DNA of 64,000 nt, from NCBI GenBank assembly GCA_000708835.1, contig DF236953.1, positions 296,990 to 360,989 of the forward strand. Reading direction: 5' to 3'. Position numbers and translations under genes: made by a program. The notes below the pieces were generated by a model. That model was given only the letters and a program-made list of their open reading frames with translations. It was not told where the DNA came from and did no database searches. Below, piece after piece: positions 1 to 13,400 of the stretch; position 1 is the first letter of the stretch; each line of letters begins with the position of its first letter. The stretch is from Klebsormidium nitens (taxonomy: Eukaryota > Plantae > Klebsormidiophyceae).

Positions 1-185
1 CCAAAAACATAGACGAGGGCATCAATCAGGACCATCAATTCATATCATCACCGGTGCATTGCAACCCTATCCAGTTGAAAGGAACACCCTTTAAGTAAGC
101 CCAAAAATCCCCTTCACATGAAATAGCACGCAGCAAGTTGACCAGCAGGTGCATCTTGATTGTAAGAGGATAACTTTACTTGCAG

Positions 186-292
186 CGATGACATTGGGGA
201 GGCAACTGGCAGTGCTGGGTGGACTTACGCTAGCTGGGGCCGCCGGCGCCTTTGCATTGAAAACCAAGGGAAAGGGAAACACTGAGTTGTAG
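186..292 (+). CDS. Terminal exon of a gene starting upstream of the window; encodes a C-terminal hydrophobic tail-anchor-like segment (AMTLGRQLAVLGGLTLAGAAGAFALKTKGKGNTEL*)
   Basis: Acceptor ttacttgcag|CG at 185/186, open frame to TAG at 290-292, an uncharged G/A/L run followed by a basic tail. Too short for the ORF track. Confidence 0.5.
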
Positions 293-1418
293 TTCAACCT
301 TTGAGCGGTCATGTCTTAGGTTTGCTCACTTTTGCGTTTGAGTTGAGTTGTACCTTGGATTCAGAGCCCGGGACTTTTTGGCAGAGAATGTACAGTCTGG
401 ATCTGTAAATCAGCACGTCTCAATCATGGCAATAGGCTATGGCTGAGCCTGCAACATCGCTAACACTTTGCCAGCAACTGTCGAGATCTTCATGTGAGCC
501 AGCCTGGCCAGCCAGTTGGACAGCATCAGATGGTTGTATGCATCCAGGATAAGGTAACCGGCAATCTGCGGGGCCGACTCTCATTAATACCAAACCTGCA
601 TATCTACTCGCATGACAAGCACCGCCAGCGCATTTGTGCTGATGTGCTCCTACTCTAGTTCGTCTTCTGCTGGCAAGCACATGCGCTGCGTCCCAGCATT
701 GCATGCGCCTCACAGAGTGGGCCTCTGAAGAGTATACCGACCAATATATAAAGCGTCTTAGTATGCTTGTTAGATCCATGTTTCCACGACATAGGTATGC
801 AGGTTGTAACGTGCCAGTCCAATTAGTAGCCCATATGAAACTCGTCCACACCTGCCGAGTTTTCTGCATCATTTGACCACAGAATCAAGTTTGATTTCGA
901 CACACGAGCAACTTATTACACATCTAGGAAGGACCGCAAAATGTCTCACTATCAACAACATAGATTGCGCAGAGTGCAGCTGTAACCTGCTTTTTCTAGC
1001 TGGATGATTATGCATCCATCGTCGGGAGCCTAGTACGTCACACGAAGCAAGTGCTCTGAGCAAGAAGAGATCCGCCTCTGGCATGGGTCGTTCAAGCACT
1101 CGAATCCGACGAAATCCAAAATGCTGTACAGATTGTGGTTAGATTGTGTTCGCTTTACGAGTGACATCGTCTTATGCTTCTGCAAGCTGCAAGCTGCCAG
1201 CCGCATGGCATTGCAGGCCGTGCCCCTTAAGACGACCAACGTCCGGACACAAATGGCAACCGTTTCCATCTCTACCGGTTCCTGATAGCCATGGCAATTT
1301 CTTTTTGGAAGTAAACATTGACGCGAAGGCGAACCAGCTCCACAAAGCTGCCCCATTTTATCCCAACCTTATACAGCGCTCCCGATTGGTCATTTTGAGT
1401 CGATGCCTTGATTAGTGT

Positions 1419-4400
1419 TTATTCGACTTGCTGCTTGCCCTTTGTGTCGTCATCGATAAGCTCCAGCAGATCCTGCCCTCGCAACTGCTCTATTACGATC
1501 CCGCCGCCGCCGCTGCTGCCCATCTCTAGTTTCTTGCCTTGTAGCTTTACAATTTTCGGCTCGATCGTCTTATCTACAATGAACCGCACGACGCGTGTGG
1601 GACGGTCTTGACTGAGTCTATGAATCCTGCACCGGCAAAGCAGAACAGCTGTGAAAAGTCGACTCATTACCGATAGGTCTTGTGTTAGGATGTGCCGAGA
1701 TAAAAGTTAACCCCTCAACCGCTCACAGTTGACACGCCCTCTCTCGATAGCCCCACTGCGTAGGTGTTTGCAAGGCCGAATTGCTCGGCAATGGGTTTCG
1801 AAACACGGTATCTCCAATCGTCATCCGCTCTCAGGGAACAGCAAGGCGCGTACACAACTTGTCCTTATCCTGTAGACCATCATCAAGCAGCTAATCTCGC
1901 TCCGACGTTGGGCAGTTTCAATGACAACATTGGCTGCAAGTCTGCAGCTGACTCGTTATTTTTCCGAAGCCCCAAACCCAAAAAGGTACCTGGGAACCCG
2001 TCCTAGAGACCGCTCTTACCTGGCTGCGGCCTGTGCCTCCATGCCCGGGTTAACGCTCGGCTCGAGGATGAAAGCGGTCGATGCGGCGGTTAGCGTCAAC
2101 CCTGCTGCTCCGCCCGAGTTGCCCATCATAACGAGAATGGCGCGCACGTTCGGGTTCTCGTTGAAGTCTCTGAGCGCCTGCACGCGCTCTTCGGGCCGAC
2201 CTGCAAACGAGAGGAAAAAGCGCTCGTCACTACATGATTCTGCATAGGTGTATTTTGCACGTCCGAAAACAGACATGACTTGAAGTTGGCAATCTAAAGT
2301 AGGCATTGACTCTACTCTTGAGTTCTTGAACCAGCGACCGTTCCGAGTACTACAAATATCTTGTCAGGATTTTTCAAGCCAGTACTCCCCTTTTGAGCGT
2401 CAGTAACGCCGCCGAGCACGCACAAAAGCTCAAAGGAACGATGACGAAGTGGACTCCAATCGGCTTTGAGGGTGTTCATTGACTGCACAATCAAGGAAGT
2501 CAACCCTCACGTGACCGAAAAGTTGCACTCCCCAAAGCAGCGCAGAATCAGCCGAAGCTCAGAACAACCCTTTTTCCGAGTTGATCGTAAAGGTGGGGGA
2601 AAAAAGGGTTACGAACGATCGAGCCTCACCCCAGAGTAGGGAGTACTGGAAGCCGTTGTGCGCGAGCGCCTCCCCCGCCAGGTTAAGCAGCAGCCTCCAC
2701 GAGCTGAAGATGACGCTCTTCGCGGTCGGGTCCGTGTTCCGAAGGTCGATTAGCTCCGAGATTAGCGCCGAGACCTGCAGAACAAGGAGGCATTCATTGT
2801 GAATCAGCCGACTGCCTTACCTTGGACCGATCGATCCCAGTAGATGGTAACCGGAACGGGTGGAGTGAGGCAGGGAATTTGGGTGGGTACAGGTGCGGAG
2901 CGCGTAGAGCTTTGGTTCAGGCAACTTGCTAAACCCAAAAGCTCACTGTACGTTGGGCTTACTATCCACTACTGCTGTTCGCGTCAAAGTTGGCACCCGA
3001 GCTTGGACCGAAACCCTCGGTCCTCGATCCTTGATGTTTTCCTGATCGTGGGTAGACAGCCGCCCGGAAAACTTAATGGCAGTGTAGCCGACCGAAGTTC
3101 CTGGTGGTTAGCCACCAGAAACGATATGCGTAGTTTTTCCGGGGGATAGCTTGGAAAACATCAAGAACCAACATCGCAACTCGCGATTGAGGAACGCGCA
3201 TTATGATCGATCGTGAATCAACCCACCTTGGTCTCGTACTTCGGTTCAGGAAACTCGCTAAACCCAAAAGCTTACTGTTCGCTGGGCTCACTGTTCATTA
3301 CAATGAAAAATTAACCCACCTTGGTTCCGTACTCGCCGCTCAGGTCCGGCAGGTCCCCTTGTTTCTTCTCCGCCTCCTTGCACGCGTTGAACACGTCCTT
3401 GGTCTTTAGCTTGTGGCGGCACAGCGGACACGGCGCGTCGGCGCCCTTGCTTTGAATGTACTGAAAGAGAAGAGGGAATGGAGATGGGTAGTTTACAGAG
3501 AGTGAGACAAACAAGAATGTAATGCCCAACAAGTGTTGGTTTGGCTGAATCGACAGGGCTATGTACAATCCATCTCTTGAGCTTTCGAAGTTCATCACTT
3601 TTACATGATGGCAGGGTGAGGCCGTGGACTTGGCAAGGGGTTTGAGACCACATGAATCTTTGATGCATATTAAAGTAGCCAACGAAGCGCCCTCACGACA
3701 AGGTGTTGAACACCATACAGGTTTTTTTCTTCTATCCCTTCACATCCGAAGACCAGCTTTTCATTCGAAGGTTACTCTCAACGGTTCTGATTCCGTTTGC
3801 CTCTGACTTCACTCTCGGGACTGCATCAAAAGGAAGCAGTCTTTACAGCGAACGCTGTGAGGCTCCACGCAATCAGAGCAGCAGTGACCCAACAGGACAG
3901 CGTTACCACCCCGCAGTCTCGGAACAAGTCTTCAATTTCCACCCGAGCACAGACTCAAACTTTGTTCCTGCTAGGTCATCGGTTCAAGTCCGACGCTGAG
4001 TAAACTCCCTTAATAAAACTGGTAAACACGGCAAATTCAAAATCTGCTCCTTCCCGGTCGTCGAATATCCCAACAAGCATGAGACACAAACACCTAATCC
4101 TTACCCCGTGGATGCAGTCGGAGCAGAAGTAATGCCCACACACCGTGACCGCCCCACAGTCCTCGCACGAGTCCAGGCAGATGGGGCACTGGGTCTTGTC
4201 TTCTTGGACCACCGTTTGCTCTGTCACCAAAAACCCACTCGGCAGCGCGCCGTTTGCGAAGTCACCGTTTGTTGCGGCGTCGGAAGTGGAAGCCCCGTTG
4301 GAGTCGAGTTTGCCCTTGCCCTTCTCCATCTCGTCGAGTTTGAAATCGAGGTGCTTTTCCTGTGGGGAGGTGAGTCGTAAAGTTGATCAGCATAGGGTAC

Positions 4401-7400
4401 GAAGTTGGTTGCGTGGTCGTTGTGTCAACCCTGCCAGTGTGTTTTGGGATGCTCGGAACATGGTTTTTGTGCTTGGACAGAACGGATCGATGGTGGAATG
4501 ACAGTAGGCGGTTGAAAACAGCGGACAACAGACTGAGAGTCGGGAGGGCAGAATTGCGGTGAAGAGCTGTGGAAGTGACATAAACCTTCGCGCACAAACC
4601 GTGTGATCACTATGTGATGATGCCACAATCAGGTCGAGAATACGCTTAGTAACTCTCCAGAATGTCAAGAAACGAAACCGGACTAAATAACTCTTAGAAA
4701 TGCCAAAAACAGGAACCGGAACAAAATTTCCCCAATCTTGTAACCAACGACTCTTTTCCTCACCTGTCTGAACAAGTCCTCCATCCTTTCCTTGGCCCTG
4801 TCCACCGCCGCGGCCGCCGCGCCGACCCTCTGCTCGGCCGTCCTCACGTGCTTTTTCTTCCCCTTCCTAGTTACCTGCGGCCCCTCCAGAATGTCGGCGA
4901 TCTCCCTGTCGTATTCGGACAGCTTGGACGTCTCCACGCCCGTCCGATCCGCGTCCGCATCCGAACCGCCGGCCAACTCCTCCAGCTTCCGCTTGCCGCG
5001 GCGCGTCAGCCGGCCCGTGAAGGCTTCTGCGGGTGCTGCTGATCATGAGGTGAAAGCGTGACGTCAGCAGCTGTTTGGAAGCATGAGTAATGACGTCAGT
5101 GTCAAAGAGGGTCGTCCCGACAGTCGCCTGACATCACGGAATCCGTGCATGAGGTGCGTCAGCCGGCCAGTGAAGGCTTCCGCGGGTACTGCTGGTTACG
5201 AGGAGAAATCACGACGTCAGCAGCTGTCTGGACGCAAGGGTGATGACGTCGGTGTCAAAGACTTCGGTCCAGCGACAGTCGCCTGACGTCACGGAATATC
5301 TGCATGGGGTGCATCACTCGGCCCGCAAAAGCTTCCGCGGGTGAGGCTGTGATACGGACAGGTGAAAACGTCAGCCAATAATGCACCAAGTTGGAAGAGT
5401 TGATCGTCCGCTCTGAAGCCTGTCGGCCCGACCGAAGGGCGCTTCTTCTGACTGTGCTGTCTGGACGAGCAGACCATGACGCCAGCAAATGGTCCAACAC
5501 AGCGAGTAGGATTGCTCGATCTGAAAAGCCCTCGCATGAATTATCCGGACAAAAAGCCCACGTGCCTGCGGTATTGACCCACTCGAGCTGTGCCTCGCTG
5601 CGCTTCAGTGGACCGCTCATCCCAGGAAAGCTCTCCTCCTACGGCTGAATGAAGACCCTCAAACAAAGCTTCTCAACCCTCACGAAGCAAGCGGCTTTGA
5701 CGGGCTGCTACGTGGATCAAAGCAACTCCACTTGGGAAGACAAATACTCCTCGAAACAGTGAATCGAACGCTCTAAGTACAACAAGCCCTCGAATCAAAA
5801 CAACACCATATTTAAAGGTTTTTGCGCTCCGCACCCGTACCCACCCTAATCCCACCTGTAATCTTACCGTTCACTACGTTTAAAGTTCACTGCGTTCATT
5901 GGAATGGAAAGAGACTGTTACACAAAAGCGAAACCTCACCTGAGGTGCTCGGCCCCGCCCCAGAAGTCCATTCCCCCGCTTCTCCCCGCGCCCTCTGCCA
6001 GCCTGCCGACCGCCAAAGGGTGCTCTCTTGCTCCGTTACCCATTTTTGCTTCTTCTGCTCCGCGCGCGTCAGCTTCCGGCCGGCCTCGGCGGCCGCGATC
6101 CGCTCCGCGGTGATGCCCAGCTCGTCCTTAAAAATGGGGTTAAGAGGTTTTACAAAGTGGGGTCAAGAGGTTTAAGATTGGGGTTAAGAGTTGAGGAAGT
6201 CGGATTCAGAGGGTTGAAAAGTGGGGTTGAGACGGTTGAAAAAATGGGATTACGAAGGTTGAGAAAAGAGGGTTGAGAGGTTTGAGAGGTTTGAGAAGGG
6301 CCTCAAACTGATACGACCTCAAGAGAAAGTCCTGAAGAATCCAGACCGGATCTGAGAGGGTTCTCGTAAGAGGCTCAGGAACATTGTGATGAGCAGAAAC
6401 CAGTCGTGGGCTTTAGATCTTTGTCGACCGCTTGGTGCACTAGTACGAAGTTCCAGAGATCAGTCTGAGACTGGAAAGCACCGAGACTTTCGTAGTCACC
6501 CCTTGCATTAGAAGAATGCAGGAGCTTTCAAAACGTTACAACATCTCATGCGCTTCTCTAGACCTCAAGACCAAAGCTCATTGTTCTCAGACCCACCTCA
6601 AGCTCCGTGACCCTGTCCCCAACACTCCTCGCTCTTTCCCCGACTTCCTCCCCGACCATGACGTCCTTTTCGAGCAGTTGCGAGTAGGCCGTCAGCGCCG
6701 TCAGCTCGAGGCGCTCGTACGACGCTTTGGCGGCGGCCTGCCGAGTGGCGCGCTCTGCTTCAAGGTCGCCGTCCACCGGGGCCTTGATCTGGCCGGCGCG
6801 CTCGAGCGCGAGGGCTCCGCACCGGGCCAGGTCGGCGAGCAGGGGCTCGAAGATGTTCGCGGCTGGATGGTTCAGAAACGGGTTTGTCAGGTCCAGGTGC
6901 GGGGTTTCGTGTTAAGAGTCCTGGTATTGGGGTCCTGAATGGAGTAAGAGAACTCGGAGGGCGTCTAATGGGAGCATAGTACCAATGGACACCGTAAACA
7001 GGTAGGCAAGAATGGAATGATATCTCTAACTGGGTCAACAGAAGCTTGGCACCTCCCATCATCCTTTATGCTCTATTCACAATCAGCCGGCCACGACTGG
7101 TTCACGAAGATGCGAACGTCTAAATACTAGCAAAATGAAAGCGCCTCTCATTGGACAGTAGAGACAGACAGAAGGTTCGAGTGCCGGGCGAAAAGTCTGG
7201 CACCCTATTTCCAGCTGCATCGACCAGTACGAAGCGTGCCATCTTTCGACGTCAGCTCCTCCTTAGTTGCTTCAATAATCGCAAATCGATCGCAGATCCA
7301 GGCAGGGCCGCTCGTTCACCTGCTGTTTCTTTCTGCTTTCCGATGGCCACTGCCTGTGGACACGTGCCACCAGCCAGTCCCGGGCAGCAGAATCATGTGC

Positions 7401-10400
7401 GGCGCGGGCCCTTTCCACCAGCTTGGCTGCATACCACAAAAGTAAAGCTGGTCATTGAACTGACAATAGAAGGCCGATGTCAGAGCACTGTTCTACAACC
7501 AACGACTTCCTTCTTTAGTTTTCTCCGCTTCCAACTTGTTTGTTCTTTTGGCTTCGGTAAGTGTTCTTCCTTGCCGATAAGCCACAGCACGTCGGATCCA
7601 AAGCCCCTTCAAAACCACGCTATTCGAGGAAACGTCACAGATGATCCACGATATCGAGTTCTGCATTCGTATCCGTCGTCGCGAGCCGCACCTTCTTCTA
7701 AGTGTCTGATAATGCTAAGCTCAATCTTATGCATTCATTAGAGGATTCAGAAGCAGACAAATATTCTCAAGAAACTTTCCGAGCTTCCCTCACCCATGAT
7801 CTGCGTCATCGTCAGCCGCGCCTTCCCCAGGTACTCGTTCCCCGTGCGGATGATCTGCGGGTGGCAGCACGCCTGGCGCAGCCGCGTGAGGTTCGCGAGC
7901 GCCTGTCCCGTCACTTTGGCGCCCAGGTTCGATGGGTCGAATCCTTCGAGGCGCCGCACGTCGCGGGTGGCGTGGTGACGCTCCATGCGCTTGATCGCGG
8001 CGACGAAGCCCTCGTGCACGCGTTGGTAGTAGCTGGTTTCCGCGTCGGAGAAGCGGAGGATGGAGTCGACGCGGGTGCAGGGCGGGAGGACCATCTCAGC
8101 GGCGACCTGGAACGGCGGGAAGAGAAACTTAAATAAGCTTAAGCTTTGCAATGCAATTACAAGAAGGTATTGGTACGCGCTGGTAGTAGCTGGTTACTGC
8201 ATGGGAGAAGCGGAGAATGATGTCGACGCGGGTGCAGGGCGGAAGGACCATTTCGGCCGCGACCTGCCGGAGCAATGTTTGGAACGTTTCAAACGTTAGG
8301 CTTTATGAGCTGCATTTTCTAAAATCAGTTACATGTTCATGCGCTTTATCGCAGGCGACGGGATATCGTGCACGCGAGGGCAGGAGGACCATTTCGGCCG
8401 CGACCTGAAAGGGGGAAGGCCGATGGTTGCCTCAAGGAATGTCTGCTTCACAGAGAGCAAGAGGGAGGCAAGAAGGACGAAGCGGCTCGATTTCCTCAAT
8501 AGAAAAAGGACGATCCCTTTTGTTGGAAGAACGTGAGCGCTATGTTTTAGAACCCATATCTCCGAAGATTGTGCACACGAGCACCACACACTCCGCGAGG
8601 GCCCTTGAGAGTGTCTCCGGCGTAGACCCATGCGTGAGGGCCATCTCGGCGGTGACCTGAAGTGGGGAAGGCGATGCTTGCCTCTAGGAATATCTGTGCT
8701 TCATAAAGAGCAGGGTGCTCGAAAGCAGGAGAAGGGATAGTAATAAAACGGCTTTGATGGTAGAGGGCAAGGAGGGGTAGCTCCAAGAGCGCGGCTTCAG
8801 AATCTTGCCTTCGGGACAAGTGTGGAGGAACGCCAATGAGACAGAGGACGAACATTCTTGCGACCTGCACACTATACGGTCGGTCAAATCTGCAAACAAC
8901 TACGACTACGTCGAGTGGAGACATCACAAACCACGCTGGCGAGGATGCCAATCCAAATCCGAGGAGCAGTACATTTGTAGTGTGCTTTAAATGAAATCTC
9001 ATCTCAGGAACTGATAAGAGAGGTCAGCCGTCCTTTATTGCAACCACTTACCCCCGCCTTTGTCCTGCGGATCATGATCGTCTTGAGCAGCACCCGGAGC
9101 CGCTGCAGCCCGACAGCGGTGCGCGTCTCGTACGGAATCTTGAGCATGGAGCGGAAGACGGTCGGATCCCCGAACGGCTGCACCGCGAGGAAATCGAGCA
9201 GGCCTTGCAGCTCGTCGAGGCGGCTCGTGATGGGCGTACCTGCGCAGAAGAAAAAGGAACGTTATGATGCGGTTTTCATCTTGCAACAATTGAGGAGCTT
9301 CGCGGTCTTGATTGCTTTGCTTAGGTACTTATCTCACTCTATCCCCGGAGAGTGAACGCAAGTGGCTTGAGGTGTTTGGTAGAACAGGGCGATAACCAGG
9401 TTGAACCAAGTGAGGGTAGACCCGGGTAGACCAAAGATGCGTCCCTTTCATATAGCATGGTTTCGGAATTCTTTCGATGATTCCGGGATGAAAGGCTGAG
9501 CGAAAACCCAGACGTGAGGATACTTTTCACGGTCGGCGATATCCATGGTTTCGTCTCGACGTTGAGCGTGTTTTCCCCTCGGGCGCCTCACCGGTCACGA
9601 CCTCGGCGCATGATGCTGAACGGTGACGGCCACAACCGACGAGCTACTTTCACGTCATACCTGAATCCGTTTTGCTTAAGCTCAATTTCCACAGTACGTA
9701 ACCCGACAAACGGGGGCACGTGTTCAAGGCGGGAGCAAGCTTTCTCACCGGTGACGACCCAGGCGTGTCTGCGCATGATGCTGGACGCGACCGACGAGCT
9801 ACTTTTGAATCATATCGAAGCACCATTTTCTCGATTTTCACAGCACATAACCTGACAAACGGGGAAAGTCTAAATGCGGGAGCAAGCTTTCTCACCAGTC
9901 ACGACCCAGGCGTGCCGACGCATGATGCTGGACGCGGTAACGGCAGCGACCGACGAGCTGTTGGCCACCAGTTGCGCCTCGTCCAGGACCACCCGCCAAA
10001 AGCCGTACGACAAGAGCGGGGAGTCGGCAGATCCCGCCAGCTCCGTCCGGATGACCTACAAACGAGAGAAAGGAAACGTCGGCCTTTGTTTTGTGGAGAA
10101 AAGCTAGCTCCACAAGTGCGGCGCGAAGCTGTGCCGCCCTCTTTGGGAACATAATGGTGCGCCCGCGCTTGGAGTCGAGCCACCGCTTTCCAAGCCACAC
10201 CCCGAGGGTCGTGCCAATCTGGACTAGGCGGCGGGCCAACAGAAAAGGGCGGGCCTGAAAATACCTGAAGAGGAACCAACTTTTCTTGTTGGTTCCCGTA
10301 GCGAGTCGAACCCCTTCAAGTTCAGTTGCATTAGGTTGCTTTAGGAAGGATCAGGAAGTTCTTGGGCGCATGTAAGCACGGCGGATGACATACATGATGG

Positions 10401-13400
10401 CTCGCGGCGAAACGATCAGTGCTGAGGGACTCCATTTCTGGGTCGTCGTTCCATGCCACGCTTATTTGGCGCTTCTCCGAAACGGAGCGCTGCATGATAC
10501 GCACATCACTGACTTAACAGCGTGCGACACCAAACCCGTCTCCGAAAAGGTCACCCCAGATCGCACTCTTGCCTCCACGTCCAAAGCCGTACTAAGGCTG
10601 TGGCTGTCCTTCTTACGCAAGCATGACAGTCCCCTTTTTTCCCCCAATCACCTCACCTCGTATGACGTAATCACGATGTCATACTGCTCCAGCCCCCAGT
10701 TGACCGCGGCGCGCTTCCCGACGCCCGCGCCCCTGCGGTGCCTCCCCTCGTAATGCAGCACTTTCAGCGCGCCCGGCCGCACGTGCAGCTCGACCTCCCG
10801 CTTCCACTGGTTGAGCAGGCTCGCGGGGACGACCACCAGCGTTGCTTTGATCGGCATGACGTCATCCCTGTGGTCCCACGTGGACGCGTCAACGACGGCC
10901 CAGCCAGGGGGAGGGGGGTTCGCGAGGACGAGCATGAGCATCTCCAGAGTTTTACCGAGGCCCTGCAATGAAAAAGGTAAAAAGAAAGAGAGCCAGTTGG
11001 TAGCCGAGAAACTGGTAGCTCCGACTAACAAGGAAAAACCGATCCCGGAAACATACTGTTGTTTGCGGCAAACTTGGCACCCGAGCTCGGATCAAAATGC
11101 GCTTTCCTCAATCACGGATCGCGATGTCGGTCCTCGATGTTCCCCAAAGTACCCCCCCGGAAGGACTCCGGATGCCAAATCAGTGGTCCGTCACCAAGGA
11201 GTTCAGTCAGCCGAACTACACGTGACGTTTTCAGGGGGGATGTCTATCAAGGATCGAGGAACGACTTCGCGACTCGAGTTTGAAAACCGCGCGTTTCGAT
11301 CGGAGTTCGAGTGCCAAGTTTGACGCAAACAGCAGTACTTGCTCGGCATCCCTACCAACTCTTACCCCCAGATTCCTTCTACCCATCGCAGTGCGCTTAC
11401 CTTGGTTTTGACTTCGCTGCCTGTTTTCCGACTCAATCTCGATCGAACGGGCCAATTGCAGCGCCTACTTCTGAAACATTCCGACTTTCCAGAAGAAGGT
11501 CGCGATACGCCCAAGAATACGGGTGATCCTGAAAGTCAGCTCGAGAGAACCTCCCATCCGAGAGTAACGCCCTGACCCGCCGAAACCGGACTGAGAAAGC
11601 CATTGCTCAGATCCTGTATAGATACTCGAACAGTCACAGGCTATCGCGACTCTCGCAAGTCATTTCAACCCTCTCCATTATTTGCACCCTTCTCAATGTA
11701 TTTCAACTGAACAGACGGAAGCCAATAAAAGCCCAACTCACCATCTCATCGCAGAGCAGCCCCCCGCACGTCCCCTGGTGCGGCGCAGTGTAGAAGTTCT
11801 GGCTGCACGCCCCGTCCTCCCGCTGCATGTACAGCACCTGTCCGTCCACGGTCAGTAGCTGCTGCCAACAGGGGTGTAACGTCAGGATGTTCCGCCTCAC
11901 GTTCGACCCCCCTAGAGCGCCCTCGCGCGTCATCATCCACGACAGGGCCTTCCGCTGGTACTCCATGGGCTGGGTCAGAAGCTGCAAGCAGAAGGTTTTG
12001 AGGATCATCTCGCCGGAACAGACTGGAATGATGAAGGTATCTACCAGGAATAACATTCTCATGAGAAGTATAAGTGAACGAACAGAAGTTTTGGCAGAAG
12101 CAAAGGGAACGAAGCCCACAATCTAGATTCGCTTCGGTAGTGAAAGATGATAAAGGTGACTGTAACGGAAAACCAATCGATTGGGTGATAGAAGCCACAT
12201 GAAGCAAGAGCTTGACATGAGCCTGGGGGACCAACCAAAGGACAGGGGTGGCGAAAAGCAAACGTAGACGGCAACATCTGCCGACAGAACGGAAGCACGG
12301 GGTGAAGAATCAAGAATGCAGAAGGAATCAATCTGATGCGGACCTGAGGGGGTGTTAGCGCCGCAGGGGCCGACTCGGGAAGGTCAATCGACGCCAAGAG
12401 GTTGAACAGATCGAAGTGCTGTTCGCTGACTGCCTCAGGTGGGGGGACATCTGGCCCAAAGTTCAGCAGCTCGTCAGAGTCGGGGCCGTGCTCTAGTCCA
12501 AAACCATAGTAGCGCAGCGCCATGGCAATCGGCAGGAGGCGGCGATTGCCCGCCATCTTTCCATTCTTGCGCTCCTCGAACCCCCCATCCGGAAAGTTGT
12601 ACCGGCACGCCTTCTCCGTCAGGCACACGTGAACGAACACTGCAGGGCCCCGTGTGGCCCTGTGGTTACCGCGGGTGAACGCCGACAATCTGCTCATGGC
12701 CTCGTTGGGGAATCGTTTTGTGCCATTCTTTTTTGCATCGCCGCAGTTGTCGAGGGTCGCAAAGAGCCTGACGAGCCCGTCACGATGCGCCAGGTATGTC
12801 GCCTCCTCGACGTTGGGCGCGAAACCCCCCCCCTGCTTGGCCTCAAGCGACAGGTGGACAACCATGGTGTCGTCCGACTCCTCCTTTTGGAAGAGGCCCT
12901 GCGGGTTCCCGTCTCCGTCTATCAGAACCATTTGCTTAAGCCATGACAGCTCGCTCCACGCTACCTCCACAAATCCCGAGTTTGCGTTGATGCTCTTGGC
13001 CGCATCAGGGGTGAGATTGATGCAGAAGGACCCTAGGTGGACCCCGGGGAAAGTGAAGTCGAGTTTCTTGGGGGGGGGGACTAGATTTGGGAGCTCCGTT
13101 TCGTACGCTGCAAACAACCGTCCGTAGCCGTTACGGTGCTCTTTCAGGGGGAGCGGGTACCTGCGGCCGTCGCCTCTTTGGATCACAAAAGTCTCGCCTG
13201 ATGAAGCACTGGTTACAAGCGGTTGCAGGGGCTTATGAACCTTCTTCTTGGGTGTTGATTCGTCCGGCTTGTCGGGGGAGAATGGGACGGTGGCGACGCG
13301 CTTGCGCTTGGGACGCCTTCTCGGTGCTTCTTCTTGTTCTGCTTCAGAAAGCTCCACCAGGGACACGGCATTGCTTGGGCCTGGTGTGTCCTGGCCAATT

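Noticed and set aside
6135-6300. Possible interstitial telomere
   Set aside because: The units (GGTTGAGA, GGGTTAAGA) are too degenerate to be a TTTAGGG/TTTTAGGG array; kept only as low-complexity intron sequence.
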